The notes under the pieces: model-generated
Database searches by the model: none
Told to the model about the DNA's origin: nothing
Seen by the model: the letters and a program-made list of their open reading frames with translations, nothing else
Shown: piece by piece, positions 1 through 29,516 of the stretch
How positions within the stretch are numbered: the stretch's first letter is position 1
Layout of the letters: every line of letters starts with the position of its first letter
Translations under genes and position numbers: made by a program
DNA from: Chrysomallon squamiferum
Taxonomy: Eukaryota > Animalia > Mollusca
NCBI GenBank assembly: GCA_012295275.1
Contig: CM022675.1
Location: 11,842,001 to 11,906,000, forward strand
Direction: 5' to 3'
DNA length: 64,000 nucleotides

Positions 1-1683
1 ATAAGTAGCTTAGTACATTGGCACGAGTTTCTAATTAAATATTATCCCGTATGGAACCGAAGCCAAACCAGAGAATTTTGACCCAACGTTCTGCGTCAAT
101 TATTGTTAGATTTGTTTTAATTTTTTTTTTTTTTTCATGTTCTGATTATTCATCTGCAACTCTTGGACATTCCCAGAATCGTCAGAAATATGGTCATTAT
201 AATAAATACAACTGAAATATGACTATTCAAAAAAAAAAGAAAAAAAAAGAACAGCAGTTAAAATATGGTTGCCGACAGAAACACGAATAAAAGGAAAAGC
301 TATTCGGTGAAACAGAAATAAAGATAAGGCTTTTCAGAATTGGCAACTACAAAGTCTACGCATGAAAAGTATTTAGGTGAATACCCTCCAGTGAATATGA
401 CAAAGTATATAACCATATCCAGTTGTGTGTTTTTGTGTGTGTAAATCTTTGGTCGCATGTCTTAGAGTAAAGTCTGTTTAGCATGAATGATACTGTTTCA
501 TAGTTGGCCACAGAAAGAAAAAACTGAATTTCGTTATTCCAGTTCTCTTTACTGTATAATACAGTCTTACAGTCAGTGAAAAGATTAAGCTCATTTGTTC
601 TTCCATGAATGAGAAAATATCAAGAATAAAAAAAAGAAGTTGAGATATTACTATTAATTAAATATAATGGACAATATTTTGCTGATACAGTGTCTAAATG
701 GAAAGAAAAAAATACGGATGTTCAAAGTTTTGAATAACAGAACGACTGAGAAGATGATTAAACACATTTATTGGAAATCAAAAGATTCCTTTCATTTTAT
801 CCCATCAAAAACAGTGACAAATTAATAATCGTATTATCGGATGGTCAGATCTTTCGTAGTTTTAATTTGGATTGTTATCCGTCATGTTCAGGAAGTATAT
901 TTTAGCCACAGTAGTGTGGTTTAAACGTATTTCCATGTATAGTTTGTAAAATCAGATACAACATTGTGCAAAGCATGTAAAAAGACTGTCAAATTATGTT
1001 GCTGTAAATATTTCATTTTTGTTGTCTTTAAATTATCGTTTTCGGTTGTAAAGATTACTAAATGATAGGATTTTCTTTCTCTGTTCTCTATTTTTTCAAA
1101 CGTGAGAGAGAACGCACCTAAGAACATTTCCTGATTATAATTACATTCTGTTATGTATACATTTTACACAATTGGTCACTATAAAGAAGGAAACTAGAGA
1201 ACTGCCACGGTGTGAATGTATATTTTATAATCGAGCTGTTTATCAACTTTCTGAGTGTTACACAAAATCGTGCTGTATGTAAACGACATTATTTCATTTT
1301 CTTAAATTAACAGACAAGTAACCAATAGAAATTCAGTGCAGCCGTGTTTACGACTACTATTTTCAGTATTAATTAACAACTACTACTGATATAGCTATTA
1401 CTACTGCTAATATTGATGATCCAGCACCAACTACAACTACAACTATTTCTTTTTCTAGACTGTTCTTGCTGTTGCCTCTGTATCGCTGTTACTGCTACAA
1501 CTACTACTACTGTGTCTAGTATAGTTATTAATAACATTAGTGCTGCTTTAACTACTACGACTTTTACTGTCACAAGACCAGTTGCTACTGCTTCCGATAC
1601 TATAACTGTTACTACTACTACTACTACTACAACTACTACTACTACTACTGCTCTTATTTGAAAAAATATGTAAATCAACGTAC

Positions 1684-8327
<6,644 letters not shown>

Positions 8328-8519
8328 TTTTTTGTTTTGTTTCTTCAAGTCCTCGCCAGAATCATTCGTTTTTATGCCATAGTTGTCTCTTTCTCTTTAT
8401 TAACTGTTAAAGTAAAATAGTTATTTATTCAAAGAAGTAATTAAGTTTCAAAATTCCAATTTTTTTTTTTTTTTATCACCCGATCGTTGACGAATTAAAT
8501 TAAATTTATTTTACACAAA

Positions 8520-8760
8520 TGGTTAACATTTCCGATCTTCGGCACCACGGCAAAGGTTCGCCATTTTGAGTTGGCGGCTCTTCACGGTAAATGGGACTTA
8601 ACTACCGAGGATTTGTGTAAGCGGGTTAGTGCGAGTTGGCACGAGTCCTGTGATTTTGACGTTATCCGTACAGGTGATTCAGGTGTGTTTGTTAAACAGA
8701 CCAGTGAACGCTACAGACTGAAGTTTACCACGTGTGAATGTTTCCCTAGCCTGGTCGTTA
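8520..8760 (-). promoter_or_regulatory. Candidate ODAD4-like promoter island
   Basis: CpG-richer island just upstream of the first exons; YY1-type CGCCATTTT near 8559. Confidence 0.35.
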
Positions 8761-8847
8761 TTTTTTGTGTCTGTTGTCTGTCTTTCAGGCTTTTTATGTT
8801 GTTATTATTATAATTTTGTTGTTGTGTTTGTCAGGGTTTGTTCTTCA

Positions 8848-8933
<86 letters not shown>

Positions 8934-9684
8934 AGAGATTAAGCATGATGGAAGAATTATTAAAGAGCAACGAAAGCAGAAATGCGTTATAGATATCTCA
9001 GAAATAAAAACATAAACACATCATTGATATCTCAGAAATTAAGATCCTTTTTTACCCGTTCCAAACAGAGCTCAAAAGTTCAGTATTTTTACCGATATAA
9101 CATTTATTATTGTTAATACATAATCATCATAATAATTATTGTTGTTGTTGTTGTTGTTGTTGTTGTTATCGGAAAGATTCTTACTAAGTATACACTGTTC
9201 CGCACAATCAAAAGTAGTCAATACATTTTTGATACCAGAATTCCTATCATTAACAAAAAAAAAAACAAAAAAAAATCAAATTTAAATTAATAAATAAATA
9301 AATAAATAAATAAAAATAACGTAAGATAGAGTGACTGTAATACGCTCTCTTATACATTTAGGAAAATAAAATAAATAATTTTTTGCGTCAATTTCAGATT
9401 TAGTTATTGCGAAAATCGTAACATTAGCTTTAAAACTATTCCTCTAATGTAACCGTTGTCTTTATATTTAGCAAAGACGAAACGCAAGATAAATGTTTGA
9501 TTATAAGGCCATTATTTTAATACAGAAATATAGTGGCGATAATTTATATCTGTAAATCGAAAGTTTTTAACCAACAATACAGCGGAGACAATAAATACGC
9601 GAATCTACACTGATAAATTTAAAATTGTAAAAGTGATTTCTTTTTTCTTTTTTTTTTTAATTTAATTTTTCTTTTCTTTTTTAA

Positions 9685-9717
<33 letters not shown>

Positions 9718-10629
9718 TGGTAGTTTTTAAAACATTTTATGGAAGATAAGTGCAAATAAACATATTTAAAACATTAAAATAATTTTGTATATTTTTATTA
9801 CCTTAATTATACGTATAATAATAATACATGGATATTGCATAAGAAACATAATTATATGTACTGCATTAATTGCATACGATCGGGTTTACTGTATGATTAT
9901 GCAGTTTCAAATAAGAGTATATTACACATAATTAAGGCACATTTTCGTTATAAAGTGAATGTTCAAAAGAGAATATGAAAATTTGAATGTATTAGCGATA
10001 ATTCTATTGTTTATTATGACAGTTTAAATAAATATAACAATACTGATTTTCACACACACACACACACAAAAAAAAAATTTAATAAAATTAAAAAAAAATT
10101 ATTTATACAAACTGAAAAAAAAAAAAAAAAAAGAAGGAAAAAAGATACTGATAATTTTTGTTATAACTGGCTGCACATAAATGTAATTAAAATTTATAGT
10201 AATTAAATAATATATAATTGTAATTTTAAAAAAGAAAATACTAAAAAAAAAGAATAAGTACATCATGATGTATGTATGTATGTATGTATGTATGTATGTA
10301 TGTATAAGGCAAAGATAATGCCATGTGAATGAAAAAACGAATTTTTTCTCATGAGAATATAAAAACACTGAGTCCAAAATATAAACAATACTGTTGTGAT
10401 TATCATTTTACATCATTGCAAACAAATCTTTAGAAAATGTACAATAATGTATTTACCAGTATTTATTCTCAATTTATCAGGTCATTTTGAAAACACTAAT
10501 TGGCAGTAAAAATAATTAAAAAGTGAACAAAAAATAACATTATTACTGCACAAAATAAACAAACAAATAAATAATAAAAAAAAAAAAAAAAAAATAAATG
10601 AATAAAATGTGATTTTTTTCTTAAAATTA

Positions 10630-11049
10630 ACAATTGCAAAACATGTCATAAATCTACTTGCTATATAAAAATGTGCATTACATAAAAAATTTACTAACAA
10701 GAAACATTTCATTATATTTGGAGATTTTCCAAAAAAGTTCAGCTGCCTCAAGTGTGTATATAAAACTTTAGAAAAATCTGATTGTAAGACATCGTCTTTG
10801 CTAACGATAAAGTTTTGCAGTATCAAAATGTGTATTCCATAAAAAATGGACTAACAAGAACCATTTCATTATATTTGGAATTTTCCAAAATAGTTTAATT
10901 GCCTCAGTTGTGTCAACGTACCAGTAGTTGATACTAATCTTTATTAACAATAAAGTTTTGCAAATAACAGCAATCAGAAAACATTTAAGGATGATGCAGT
11001 TACCTTGCATTAGTTTTTTGTCCCCTCAAGTTAAATATTTTAAAATAAT

Positions 11050-11086
<37 letters not shown>

Positions 11087-11690
11087 TGAATAAATAAATA
11101 AATAAATAAACAAATAAAAATAAGAAAAATGAAGAAAAAAATGGAAATATATTATAATCAGATAGATAACTCTTCTGATTCATTACTGATTAATGATGAT
11201 AAACGTTTCTCAACAATAAAGTTATGCAAACAACAAATGTGCATGTTTAAGAACAGTTATCTTTCTTTGTAGTGTAGGTATTTCAAATAAATATGGAATA
11301 GATAAAGACAGTCCAAATTTGCTGATGATTTATTTTTTCATGATATTGAAAACAATCTTTGCTAACAATAAAGTTTAACAGTAATTGTAATCTGAAGACA
11401 TTTATTTTTCTTCCTTTCATTCTGAAAACATATTACATAAAAAAATGTAACAAATTTTTTTTTAATTAACAATGCAAATTGATCTTTGCTAACAATAAAG
11501 TTTGACAATAAAAAAAATCTGCAGCAATTTATGTTTTATCTTTCACTGCTTTTTAATGTAAATATCATATATTCTGGATACATTTTAAATAAATAAAAAG
11601 ATGGATAATGAAGCTTTTCCTCATACTCTTTTGAATACTGAAAACAAATCTTTACTAATATTAGTTTAATAATAAAATAGCAATCTGCAA
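10630..11690. repeat. Old degenerate ~140-160 bp tandem repeat downstream of the SHMT stop (3' UTR or flank)
   Basis: Core tctttgctaacaataaagttt recurs near 10796, 10938, 11208, 11356, 11484 and 11649; a ~60 bp block is shared between ~10694 and ~10851. Confidence 0.7.
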
Positions 11691-12119
11691 TAAAGAAGGT
11701 AAAAACTTACTCAAGAATAATCCTTTCCTTTTATATATTACTGGTTATACCATACCCTATATATATATATATATAATGTGTTATTTAACTGTTTCTTAAT
11801 TTTAATTATGATTCTGACCAGAAATTCAATTACCCTTCTTTAATGTTTATAATACTAAAGATTATATGCAATTACATTAAATCACTGTAATATTGATTTA
11901 TACTTCTTAATATTAAATTATTAACAGAATTATTTCATCATTTTGAAATCAGTCTTCACAGTATGAGTCACCTTTATTTTTAAATCACTCATTCAATAAT
12001 ACAAATTCATTACACAAGACATTATAATGGGATGATGTGCCATTTAAAAAATACACTTTTACCCTGTTCTCTGAGTTACTAATTCACTGCTGTTTTTCAC
12101 AGATGTAGTGTAAGTCAAA

Positions 12120-20587
<8,468 letters not shown>

Positions 20588-20742
20588 TTTTCACCAACTT
20601 CGAAATTTCTGAATGTCAAGGTCGCAAAAAAAAGAAAAAAATGTCTCGTCAGCAAAATAGAGTTATTCCCCTTATACACTAGCAATAGGATTATTTTATT
20701 GAAAGCACACTTTCGGTCTCTTTTTATTGACATTTTATTTAG

Positions 20743-20777
<35 letters not shown>

Positions 20778-21591
20778 GTATTATTATTAGTGATTTTTGC
20801 TATTGTTTCTGGAAGACATTTAAATGCACGACAATCATAATTATTAGATATGATAATGTGTTTCGATTATTATTTTTAATTGTTTAAAATGATCCTAATA
20901 TTTTATTTTATTTTATTATTTTATAATTTTATTCATAACTCTTAAGATCAGTTATGATTTTAGGCACGTATTGCTGAAGCTGTATAAATTACTGTCATGT
21001 TTTTAATAAATAACTAAATAAATCATGTGTACACCACAACATATAGATCGATCTCCATTGACTGAATGTCTCTACATTCGTCTACACACGTAACCCCAAC
21101 ACCATAAACCACAGGAAGCATTAACCTTATATTTAGATTCATCATAAATTACGCTTGCCTACACACAAACAAATCCTCACACAGTTTATACGTCGTTTAA
21201 TAATCTACGAAATGTTGTAATTTAAAATTTTAATAGTGACTACAATATAATGAATATTAAGATTTCTTATCGAGTCATTTATCTTCTAAATACAGCCTTT
21301 ATGTAGTAGATCTTCAGGTGCTGGGACTGCGGTAACGTCTAACAACATCGACAGTGTGTGATACGAGTGGCCGGGTACACTGTGCAGAATTAACGACGCG
21401 TGGATCAATGTCGTCAATGTCTTGGCCGGCTGGTTACTTTGTTTAACTCCGAAACAACGGGGACGTTTGTAAAACGACATTTTCCTAGTGGAACTCTTTT
21501 AAACAACATCCGGTTCTTTTTTTTTTCCTCCATTTTTTTTTTTTTTTTTTTTTTTTTATTATCTTTTTTTTTTTTTTTTTAAATAACTTAA

Positions 21592-21637
<46 letters not shown>

Positions 21638-22233
21638 TTATAACTTTAATTTTCTTTCTTTCATTGGTTCTTTCTTCTAATTTTTTTTTTTTTTTTAAAT
21701 TATTTATTTTATATCATATATGTATAAAGTTATTTACCTAGTCGGAGGTGCTTATTTTGCCTGTCGTCATGGTAACCTGATCGATTATAAACCAGCAGGT
21801 GCAAGTGGAGGTGGTAACTATATTAATACAGTGCTGTTTGTTCGTCATCGTGTTTTATTCACACCTATTTACACTCTGTTCCTATTTTCGACTGATTTTA
21901 ATGACCTTGCTACGCTGTTGATTTGTGTCGTTGTTGTGCCATTCCCCGTTGGTTTTTTTGATGTCTTTATTGTTGTTGTTGTTGTTGTTGGAGCTTTTTA
22001 AATGTCATTGTTAATCTGTCAAGTTTCGTAACACTGTGTACCAGTCTGCTTAAATGTTTACCGTCGATTACATTTCTGCTGTTTTTTTTAATCACTTTTG
22101 TTTCATCAAGACAGTTATCTAATATTTTTAATTGTTTTCACTTCTGGGGGTCCATATTTTTGCGCTGTTTTATTATTGTTTTAATTGTACAGTAATATTC
22201 ACAAACATACGTTGCAGATTTTTTTTTTTAAAT

Positions 22234-22264
<31 letters not shown>

Positions 22265-23552
22265 TTATTTTTATTATTATTTATTTAATTTTTGAAATTT
22301 TATAACAGTCATTCTGTTAAAAGATTTATCTTATATTTTTATGTTGTTATTTTTTTTTTTTTTTTTTTTTTGTTGTTGTTGTTTTATTTTGTTTTGTTTT
22401 TGTAATGAATAAATTACTGTTAGTCGTGTTCGTTTTGGTATACTGTGAAACCATCGGACAAATAGATACACAAAACAAATATTATCAGTAATTATTTTCT
22501 TCCCATTCCAATTAATTTGGTATGAACGTATGGTTTTGTTCTAGCCTCAATAAGAAATACTGCAGAATCAGTCTTTTTCTTTTAACAATTTCCCGTTCCA
22601 TTCAGTGCTCTTGACTTTTGCATTAAAGATCGTTGTAAAATGTTTTCGTATTGATGACAGAAAATGAAAATTTCTTTAATTTGTTTAACATGAAGACAAA
22701 ATGTAGTTTGAATTGTACGTATATATATATATATATATATCTATGTACACACACACACACTATACAGCAATCATGGAAGTATTGTACTTGAAGTGGGTTT
22801 ACAAACATCTAATAATTGCGTCAGCTTTTTTCCAAACAAACTTGAAAATCACGTTTATTCAGCTAGCCTTCTAAGACATTTGCGGATCATTTGTTCCGAC
22901 ATTTCTGACATCTTTTGTCGCTGTTCTTACCAGTTAAGCAGTTTCTTTCAGACCGAAATCATTTTATTGTATCGCTTATTCTAAAGCGAATGACAAGACA
23001 GTTCAGCCCACATGCTTATGAAAATCATCTCCGGCGATTTGCAGAAGAAAGACCCTTCATACAGTTTTGTTTTGTGACATCCCTCAAGTCGAACGTCGAT
23101 TTCTGAATATAAGATGTACGCCTTATCATTTGCTTTCTGTTATTAATATTTCTAATAGTTTCACAAAACATCAAATAGCTGCTTCCCCGACAGGGAGTCT
23201 GAAATAGCAGTCCTTTTAGAGCCTAACCCAGCTGAAGTAGTGTTTGGAAAGGTATATGAATTAATACGATGGTCTTTAAAAGAGTTCCTCGTATGAACGG
23301 CATTGCACGAGTTCCCGAGTTCCCGAGTTCTGGCCTCGTTTGCGGATTTGTCAAATCTATTTCCAGCTTTTAATATTTAGTGTTAAAAAGTTATGATGTG
23401 TTTTATTGCCCTGAGCGTGAAAATAAATTTATATGTTTTTTTATGATCGAGAAGTGGAATAAATAGGCTGTGGCGGAAGAGTCACGTGATCAGAGCGCCA
23501 TATTAGGAGAAAAAAAATGTTTTTTTTTTTTTTTAAAGGGCGCCATATTGTT

Positions 23553-23592
<40 letters not shown>

Positions 23593-23655
23593 ATATTTAT
23601 TTCTGGTTTTCCGTTTTCTTTTTTTTTTTTATTATTATTTTTATTATTTTTATTA

Positions 23656-23698
<43 letters not shown>

Positions 23699-23743
23699 TA
23701 ATATATTATTATTATTTAATATATTATTATTATTATTATTATA

Positions 23744-23794
<51 letters not shown>

Positions 23795-24029
23795 TAAATC
23801 TCAATCTTAACTTAACCTTAAATATGCCTGTGCTTTTATATACCTCGGATTACAAATTATTTCTTTTGATGTGATATATTCAGGTGACGGGTGACACAGA
23901 ACTCGTAGACATAAAGTAAAGTAAAATAATTAATTATCTTAAAACACACAGTACATTAATTAATCTCTTGATAAAGATATAAGTAATGATAGATATATCA
24001 AACAGAGTCCATGTAAGTGATGTTTGCAC

Positions 24030-24061
<32 letters not shown>

Positions 24062-24145
24062 TTTATTTATTTAGCTATTTATTCATTTATTTAGTTACTT
24101 ATTTACTTATTTATTTATTAAATCTATTTAATTTTATTAGTATTG

Positions 24146-24210
<65 letters not shown>

Positions 24211-24485
24211 GCTGTTGTTGTTGTCGTTGTTATTGTAATTATTAGTATTGTTTTTTGTTTTCATATGAAATTAAATTTATATTGTTCTGAATACGTCTGT
24301 GTGCGTGCGTGTGTGGGGGGGTTTAATAATGGTTCATATATCTTTACGAATTCATCTTCGAAAATCTGTTTAGTGAGACCCTTCTCCTATAAATACATTT
24401 ACACCGCCACTTTTATATGATGATATATATCAGAAAATTAGAGACAAACATAACAAACACCACAGTGATTACGTAATTTAATCTG

Positions 24486-24583
<98 letters not shown>

Positions 24584-25113
24584 AATTTTCACCCTCCTGA
24601 AACGTTAAACTCTGTACTGCGGCTAAGTTCTTGTGTGTCCCTCTGACAATCGAAAATGATATCTATAGATAAAGAGTCAAGATACTGTTAAGCCGAATTT
24701 TTTACAGTAAATTAACTGTATTGACGTATCTGGTACAAAGTGAAATCTATATCTTTTCAAGTTACAGTGTGTATTGATGTATTTCACTCAACTATGATTC
24801 TATAATAAAATAATTCTTTCGACGATTAGCATTTAGAGATATCTTATAAGAACCTTCCCATATACTGGTAAATATATACCAATCGTTTGATAAACCTGCT
24901 AATTTTTAATTTAAAAAAAAAAATAAAAAAAAAAAAATTTCTTCTTCCTCCTTCCTCTTCTTCTTCTTCTTCTTCTTCTTCTTGTTATTATTGTTATTAT
25001 CATTATTATTATTGTTGTTATTGTTATTGTTGATGTTGTCATTCTTCTTATTATTATTACTGTTATATCATTATCATCATCATCAACATCCTTTCTTTAC
25101 TTTCATTTATTTA

Positions 25114-25229
<116 letters not shown>

Positions 25230-25319
25230 TAGTGTCACTCTAACGAGAACTGCTGTTGAAGGCTGGCAATGAAATGAACTCAAGGGAACCAGCAAAAACT
25301 GATTGTTACAGATAGCAGA

Positions 25320-25385
25320 AACACATATCTGTAATAGAGAGATTACCGTTATACAGAGATGGCCACTAAATCGGGTTTAACTGTA
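25320..25385 (-). mobile_element. Probable terminal fragment of a Tc1/mariner-type MITE
   Basis: Minus strand reads TA-CAGTTAAACCCGATTTAGTGGCCATCTCTGTATAACGGTAATCTCTCTATTAC, resembling TA-CAGT(C/T)AAACC termini of invertebrate non-autonomous elements. No partner terminus seen. Confidence 0.45.
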
Positions 25386-25685
25386 ATTTTCCTACTGTTA
25401 TCTCACACTGCGGGGGGGGGGTCTGGTTGATATAAGAGTTTTCGCAGTGTGTAAACTAACACATGTTTGTCTGTTAAGGTCAGGCTGATCTTTGTGGGTG
25501 GAACGTGATCACAGCAGTGTTGTGTTGTAATATCAGTCCTTCTCGGCGAGCGACGGTTCGCTGGGTCAATTCTCGTCAGAGTAGACTTGAACAGACGATT
25601 AATTTTACCCAGAATGCAATTAGAAACAATCTCTTCGTCTACCTTATATCGAAGGTTCTGTTCTCGTTTATTTTTTAATTCAGCC

Positions 25686-25844
25686 ATACGACGTCACATC
25701 TGCTCCACGATATGACGTCACATCTGCTCCACGATACGACGTCACATCTGCTCCACGATACGACGTCACATCTGCTCAACGATACGAAGTCACATCTGCT
25801 CACGATATGACGCATCAACGATATGACATCACATCTGCTCATCG
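25686..25844. repeat. 24 bp minisatellite, about 6.5 copies
   Basis: Unit ATACGACGTCACATCTGCTCCACG head-to-tail with no spacers, decaying at the 3' end. Confidence 0.95.
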
Positions 25845-27271
25845 CGTCAGTTGGTTACGATGCGTAATTAAAAATTACACGAAACCTAACGATTCGGCAT
25901 ATTTAAATATTAAAACCATGAGCGTTCCATACAAGAGAGATCTCGGGAGGAGGGGGCACAACATCTTAAGAACATTTTGGGGAAAATAAAACAGTGGGGA
26001 TACGTATTTTATTTGTTAATCTAAGAGGAAAATCAATCCCTCTGTACCTCCTTATCCAAAAAAGTTCCCACAAATCCATGATTTTTTTTCCCCAGGCAAT
26101 CCTTAAAAAGGTGTCCCATTTATTCATAAGTTTACCTGTGTACATGTATCCGGGTTTCTTTGAACAATAAAATTATATATGTATACACTATAAAATGTGT
26201 TGTGCATGCAATGTGTCATCGTTTTAAAAAAAATATATAGTAAAGATTTAATAATATTACTCGGTGCGAGAGACTGGTTTCCTTAACATTAAGAAATATC
26301 GAGTCTGGTTGTCTACGTTTTTACATTTTTAGACGCTGGTTTAGATCTAAAAAAATAAAACTATATGTATAACAGAGTGAAAAGGACATATAGTTTAACA
26401 GCATTTGGACAAAAACTAAAGACAGAGAATGAAAATGACTAAACCAATGTCAGGTAGCCCCATTAAATAAACAATTAGCTCTTATAATCTGTACTGAACG
26501 TCAAAGAAGTCTGTTCTACATGGCTAATCAAGTGCAGCAAAATATGATAATGATGCGCATCACTGTGCACCTGCATAGCCTTACATTTTAATATTTCATT
26601 TTTTATACTTTCGTTTTTCTCAAAGGTTGTTGATCTAACGTTGATTTTACATCTAGAATCAACAGTATATTTTTATTACGACAATTTCTCTACTGTTAAA
26701 CGTGAGCTTAAATAAATATATCTTCTTCTCTCATATTCTCCATACAATTTTTTACTTCTTCTGGGTTTTTTTTTGTTTGGTTTTTTTGTGTTTTTTTTTC
26801 GCTCTGTTTTGATTCAAACTTACTTCTTCCTGCAGTGTAATTGCGTCGACTTCTTGCACGACAGAACAACGCCTGCAGAAAAAAAAGCATTATTACGCGA
26901 ATGAATGGAAAATGCAAATGGCAGCCGTTTATCACCGTCCTACGTATCACGCAATAGTTCCAGTTTAATCCGTTTTCAAGAGCGCTCTATTCAAATGATA
27001 ATTTTCGCCAGCTTAAGGGACATGTTGACTATGTGTAATCTGTTTTCGAAATCAGTTGAAAGCGCACAGGAAAACTAAACAGAATAGAAATGAACATTCG
27101 GCGTACAGTCGAACCGACACGATGTTGTCGTAATGTGGCCGAATTCTGAATGAACTTGAGTGGCTGCAAGTAAATGACAAATTAACAAACAACAACAACA
27201 ACAACCACAACGACGACAACAAATAAATAAATAAATAAATAAATAAATTGTTATTGTTATTGTTATTGTTG

Positions 27272-27326
<55 letters not shown>

Positions 27327-27787
27327 CATAAACTATAATAATATACACTGACTTTGGTTAGTGACTACGCATGTTTATCTCACAACAAAGGATTAAATTC
27401 ATTATTAATTACACTGGTTCTTCTACTGTATCAAACGCTTAATAATGACGTTTAGTCATTCTTAACAGTACGTACTTACGTCATTTCTAAATTTTGTGTC
27501 AACGATTACGCAATGGACGATAATGAAATACATTTAATCGTTTTCTATGTAATACATACCTAAGAACATGTAAGCTAGAAATAGAGTAAAGCTGAAAAAG
27601 TTAATTAATTATTATTCAGAATTTCGTAAAGCGATAGAACCTGTATAAATACTAAGCGGAAAATGTTTTTGAAAGATAATATGTACTGGTGGGCAAGATA
27701 TTGAAGATGGAATCAGTTTTGTGAATAAGATAATTAATAAAATGATAGATAAATCACTCGGAAATTTATAAAAACGAGTTCACATTC

Positions 27788-27965
27788 AAAACAAATTAAA
27801 CAGAAAATTATAGATTTTCAAAACGTATTCAGGTCTTGTCAAACCGTTCAGAACAAATTAAACAATAAATTTTAGATTCAAAACGTATTCAGGTCTTGTC
27901 AAACCATTCAGAACAAATTAAACGAAAAGTTTTAGATATACAAAACGTACTCAGAACTTTTCAAC
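27788..27965. repeat. ~60 bp tandem repeat, 3 copies
   Basis: aacaaattaaac....tagatt.caaaacgtattcaggtcttgtcaaacc.ttcag repeated. Confidence 0.85.
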
Positions 27966-28069
27966 ATGGTACATTTTGAATAAACTCTTTTGACTAACAA
28001 AAAAAAAAAAAAAAAAAAAATCCAGGAAGCAGTGACCTTTAGATTTTGAGTAAACAAACTATTGATCGA

Positions 28070-28103
<34 letters not shown>

Positions 28104-29378
28104 ATATATTTTCTTACCTATAGATTACAACCTATTTAAAAACGGTCTGGACATAAAGACTTATCAAGTCGCCGTTCTTGATACCTCAAAACCTCGACAC
28201 CTTTTTTTTTTTTTTTTTATTTTTTTTAAACCTGCTACGTGTCAACGTGTTTATCAGTGAGTTGTGGAGGTTTGAAGATGTTAAACTATACGTTACCGTA
28301 GCTGTCAAACATAATAAGAGAGGATGATACATAAATCACCCACACATCGTCCCCCCAGCTCTTAAGTTTGGTCTAGCAGTGGATTCACAGATGGCGTGGA
28401 TATTGTCAAGAGATTACGAATGTTGATAATTTGTACTTAAGAGCTGAGTAACCGGAGAATTCGTTTACGAGAGATAGAAATCTGTCTGAGGTTATAAGTT
28501 GATGTCCACAGGAATGAAGAAAAAATATAATCACTTAGAAATATGTGTGTGTGTGTATGTATGTCTATCTGTATGTATGTATGTATGTATGTATGTATGT
28601 ATGTATGTATGTATGTATGTATGTATGGTATGTATGTATGTGTATGTATGTGTGTTTGTCTGTCTGTAATTATTCATATATATGTCTGTGTACGTATGTG
28701 TGTATGAATTTATCTATGTATGAATCTAAACATACATATACGTATATAATTATTACATACATACATATATACATATATACATACATACATAGAGATATAT
28801 ATAAATTATATATGTATCTGTGTATGTAGATATACATATGCTGAACACATAACAATAGGAAAACTCACAGTTTTAATTTACATGTTAAATTTAGCAACAG
28901 GAGAACACGAATATATATATGCATATATATTTTTTTTTTTTTTTTTAATTGTCAGTTTTTCAACAAGGAAGGACATTGACATTTTCTTTACACAGATTTC
29001 AGTCATAGCCCAGTGTGAGTAAGCAAAACCTGTTTAATAATGTTAGGTGTGTTTATGAAAGCTTCCACAGTCTGAATAGAAAGACGAGGAAGACATGAAT
29101 TACATAACAAAACGTTTTGTTTGCTTTCTCAGTCAGGGTATGTTGTACCTTTTCTCTCGTTTTCTATTTAGTAATATTTAAAAATAACATAAAATAAAAT
29201 TAAATTAAAAAAGTTAAAAAAAAATTTCTATCTATTATTTATTTTTAGATATTGCCTCACCAGTGTTTTTTTTTTCAGAGGTTGTATGGTGTTTGCTTTT
29301 CTGTGGCAAACTTGTTTGTCTCTGAGAAAAGGCAGTGGATTTATTATTATTATTATTATTGTTATTATGATTATTATG

Positions 29379-29417
<39 letters not shown>

Positions 29418-29481
29418 TAATATATAAATTAGTATGCTTTAGAAATGTCCGGTAACTAAACTGAACATTAGCTTTCTATCT

Positions 29482-29516
<35 letters not shown>

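Noticed and set aside
921-1127. 68-aa ORF as the next ODAD4 exon
   Set aside because: Its phase is incompatible with the phase-2 donor at 1683 and it shows no TPR/TTC25 similarity.
25686-25844. CRISPR-like appearance of the 24-bp repeats
   Set aside because: Units are head-to-tail with no unique spacers, there are no cas genes, and the context is eukaryotic.
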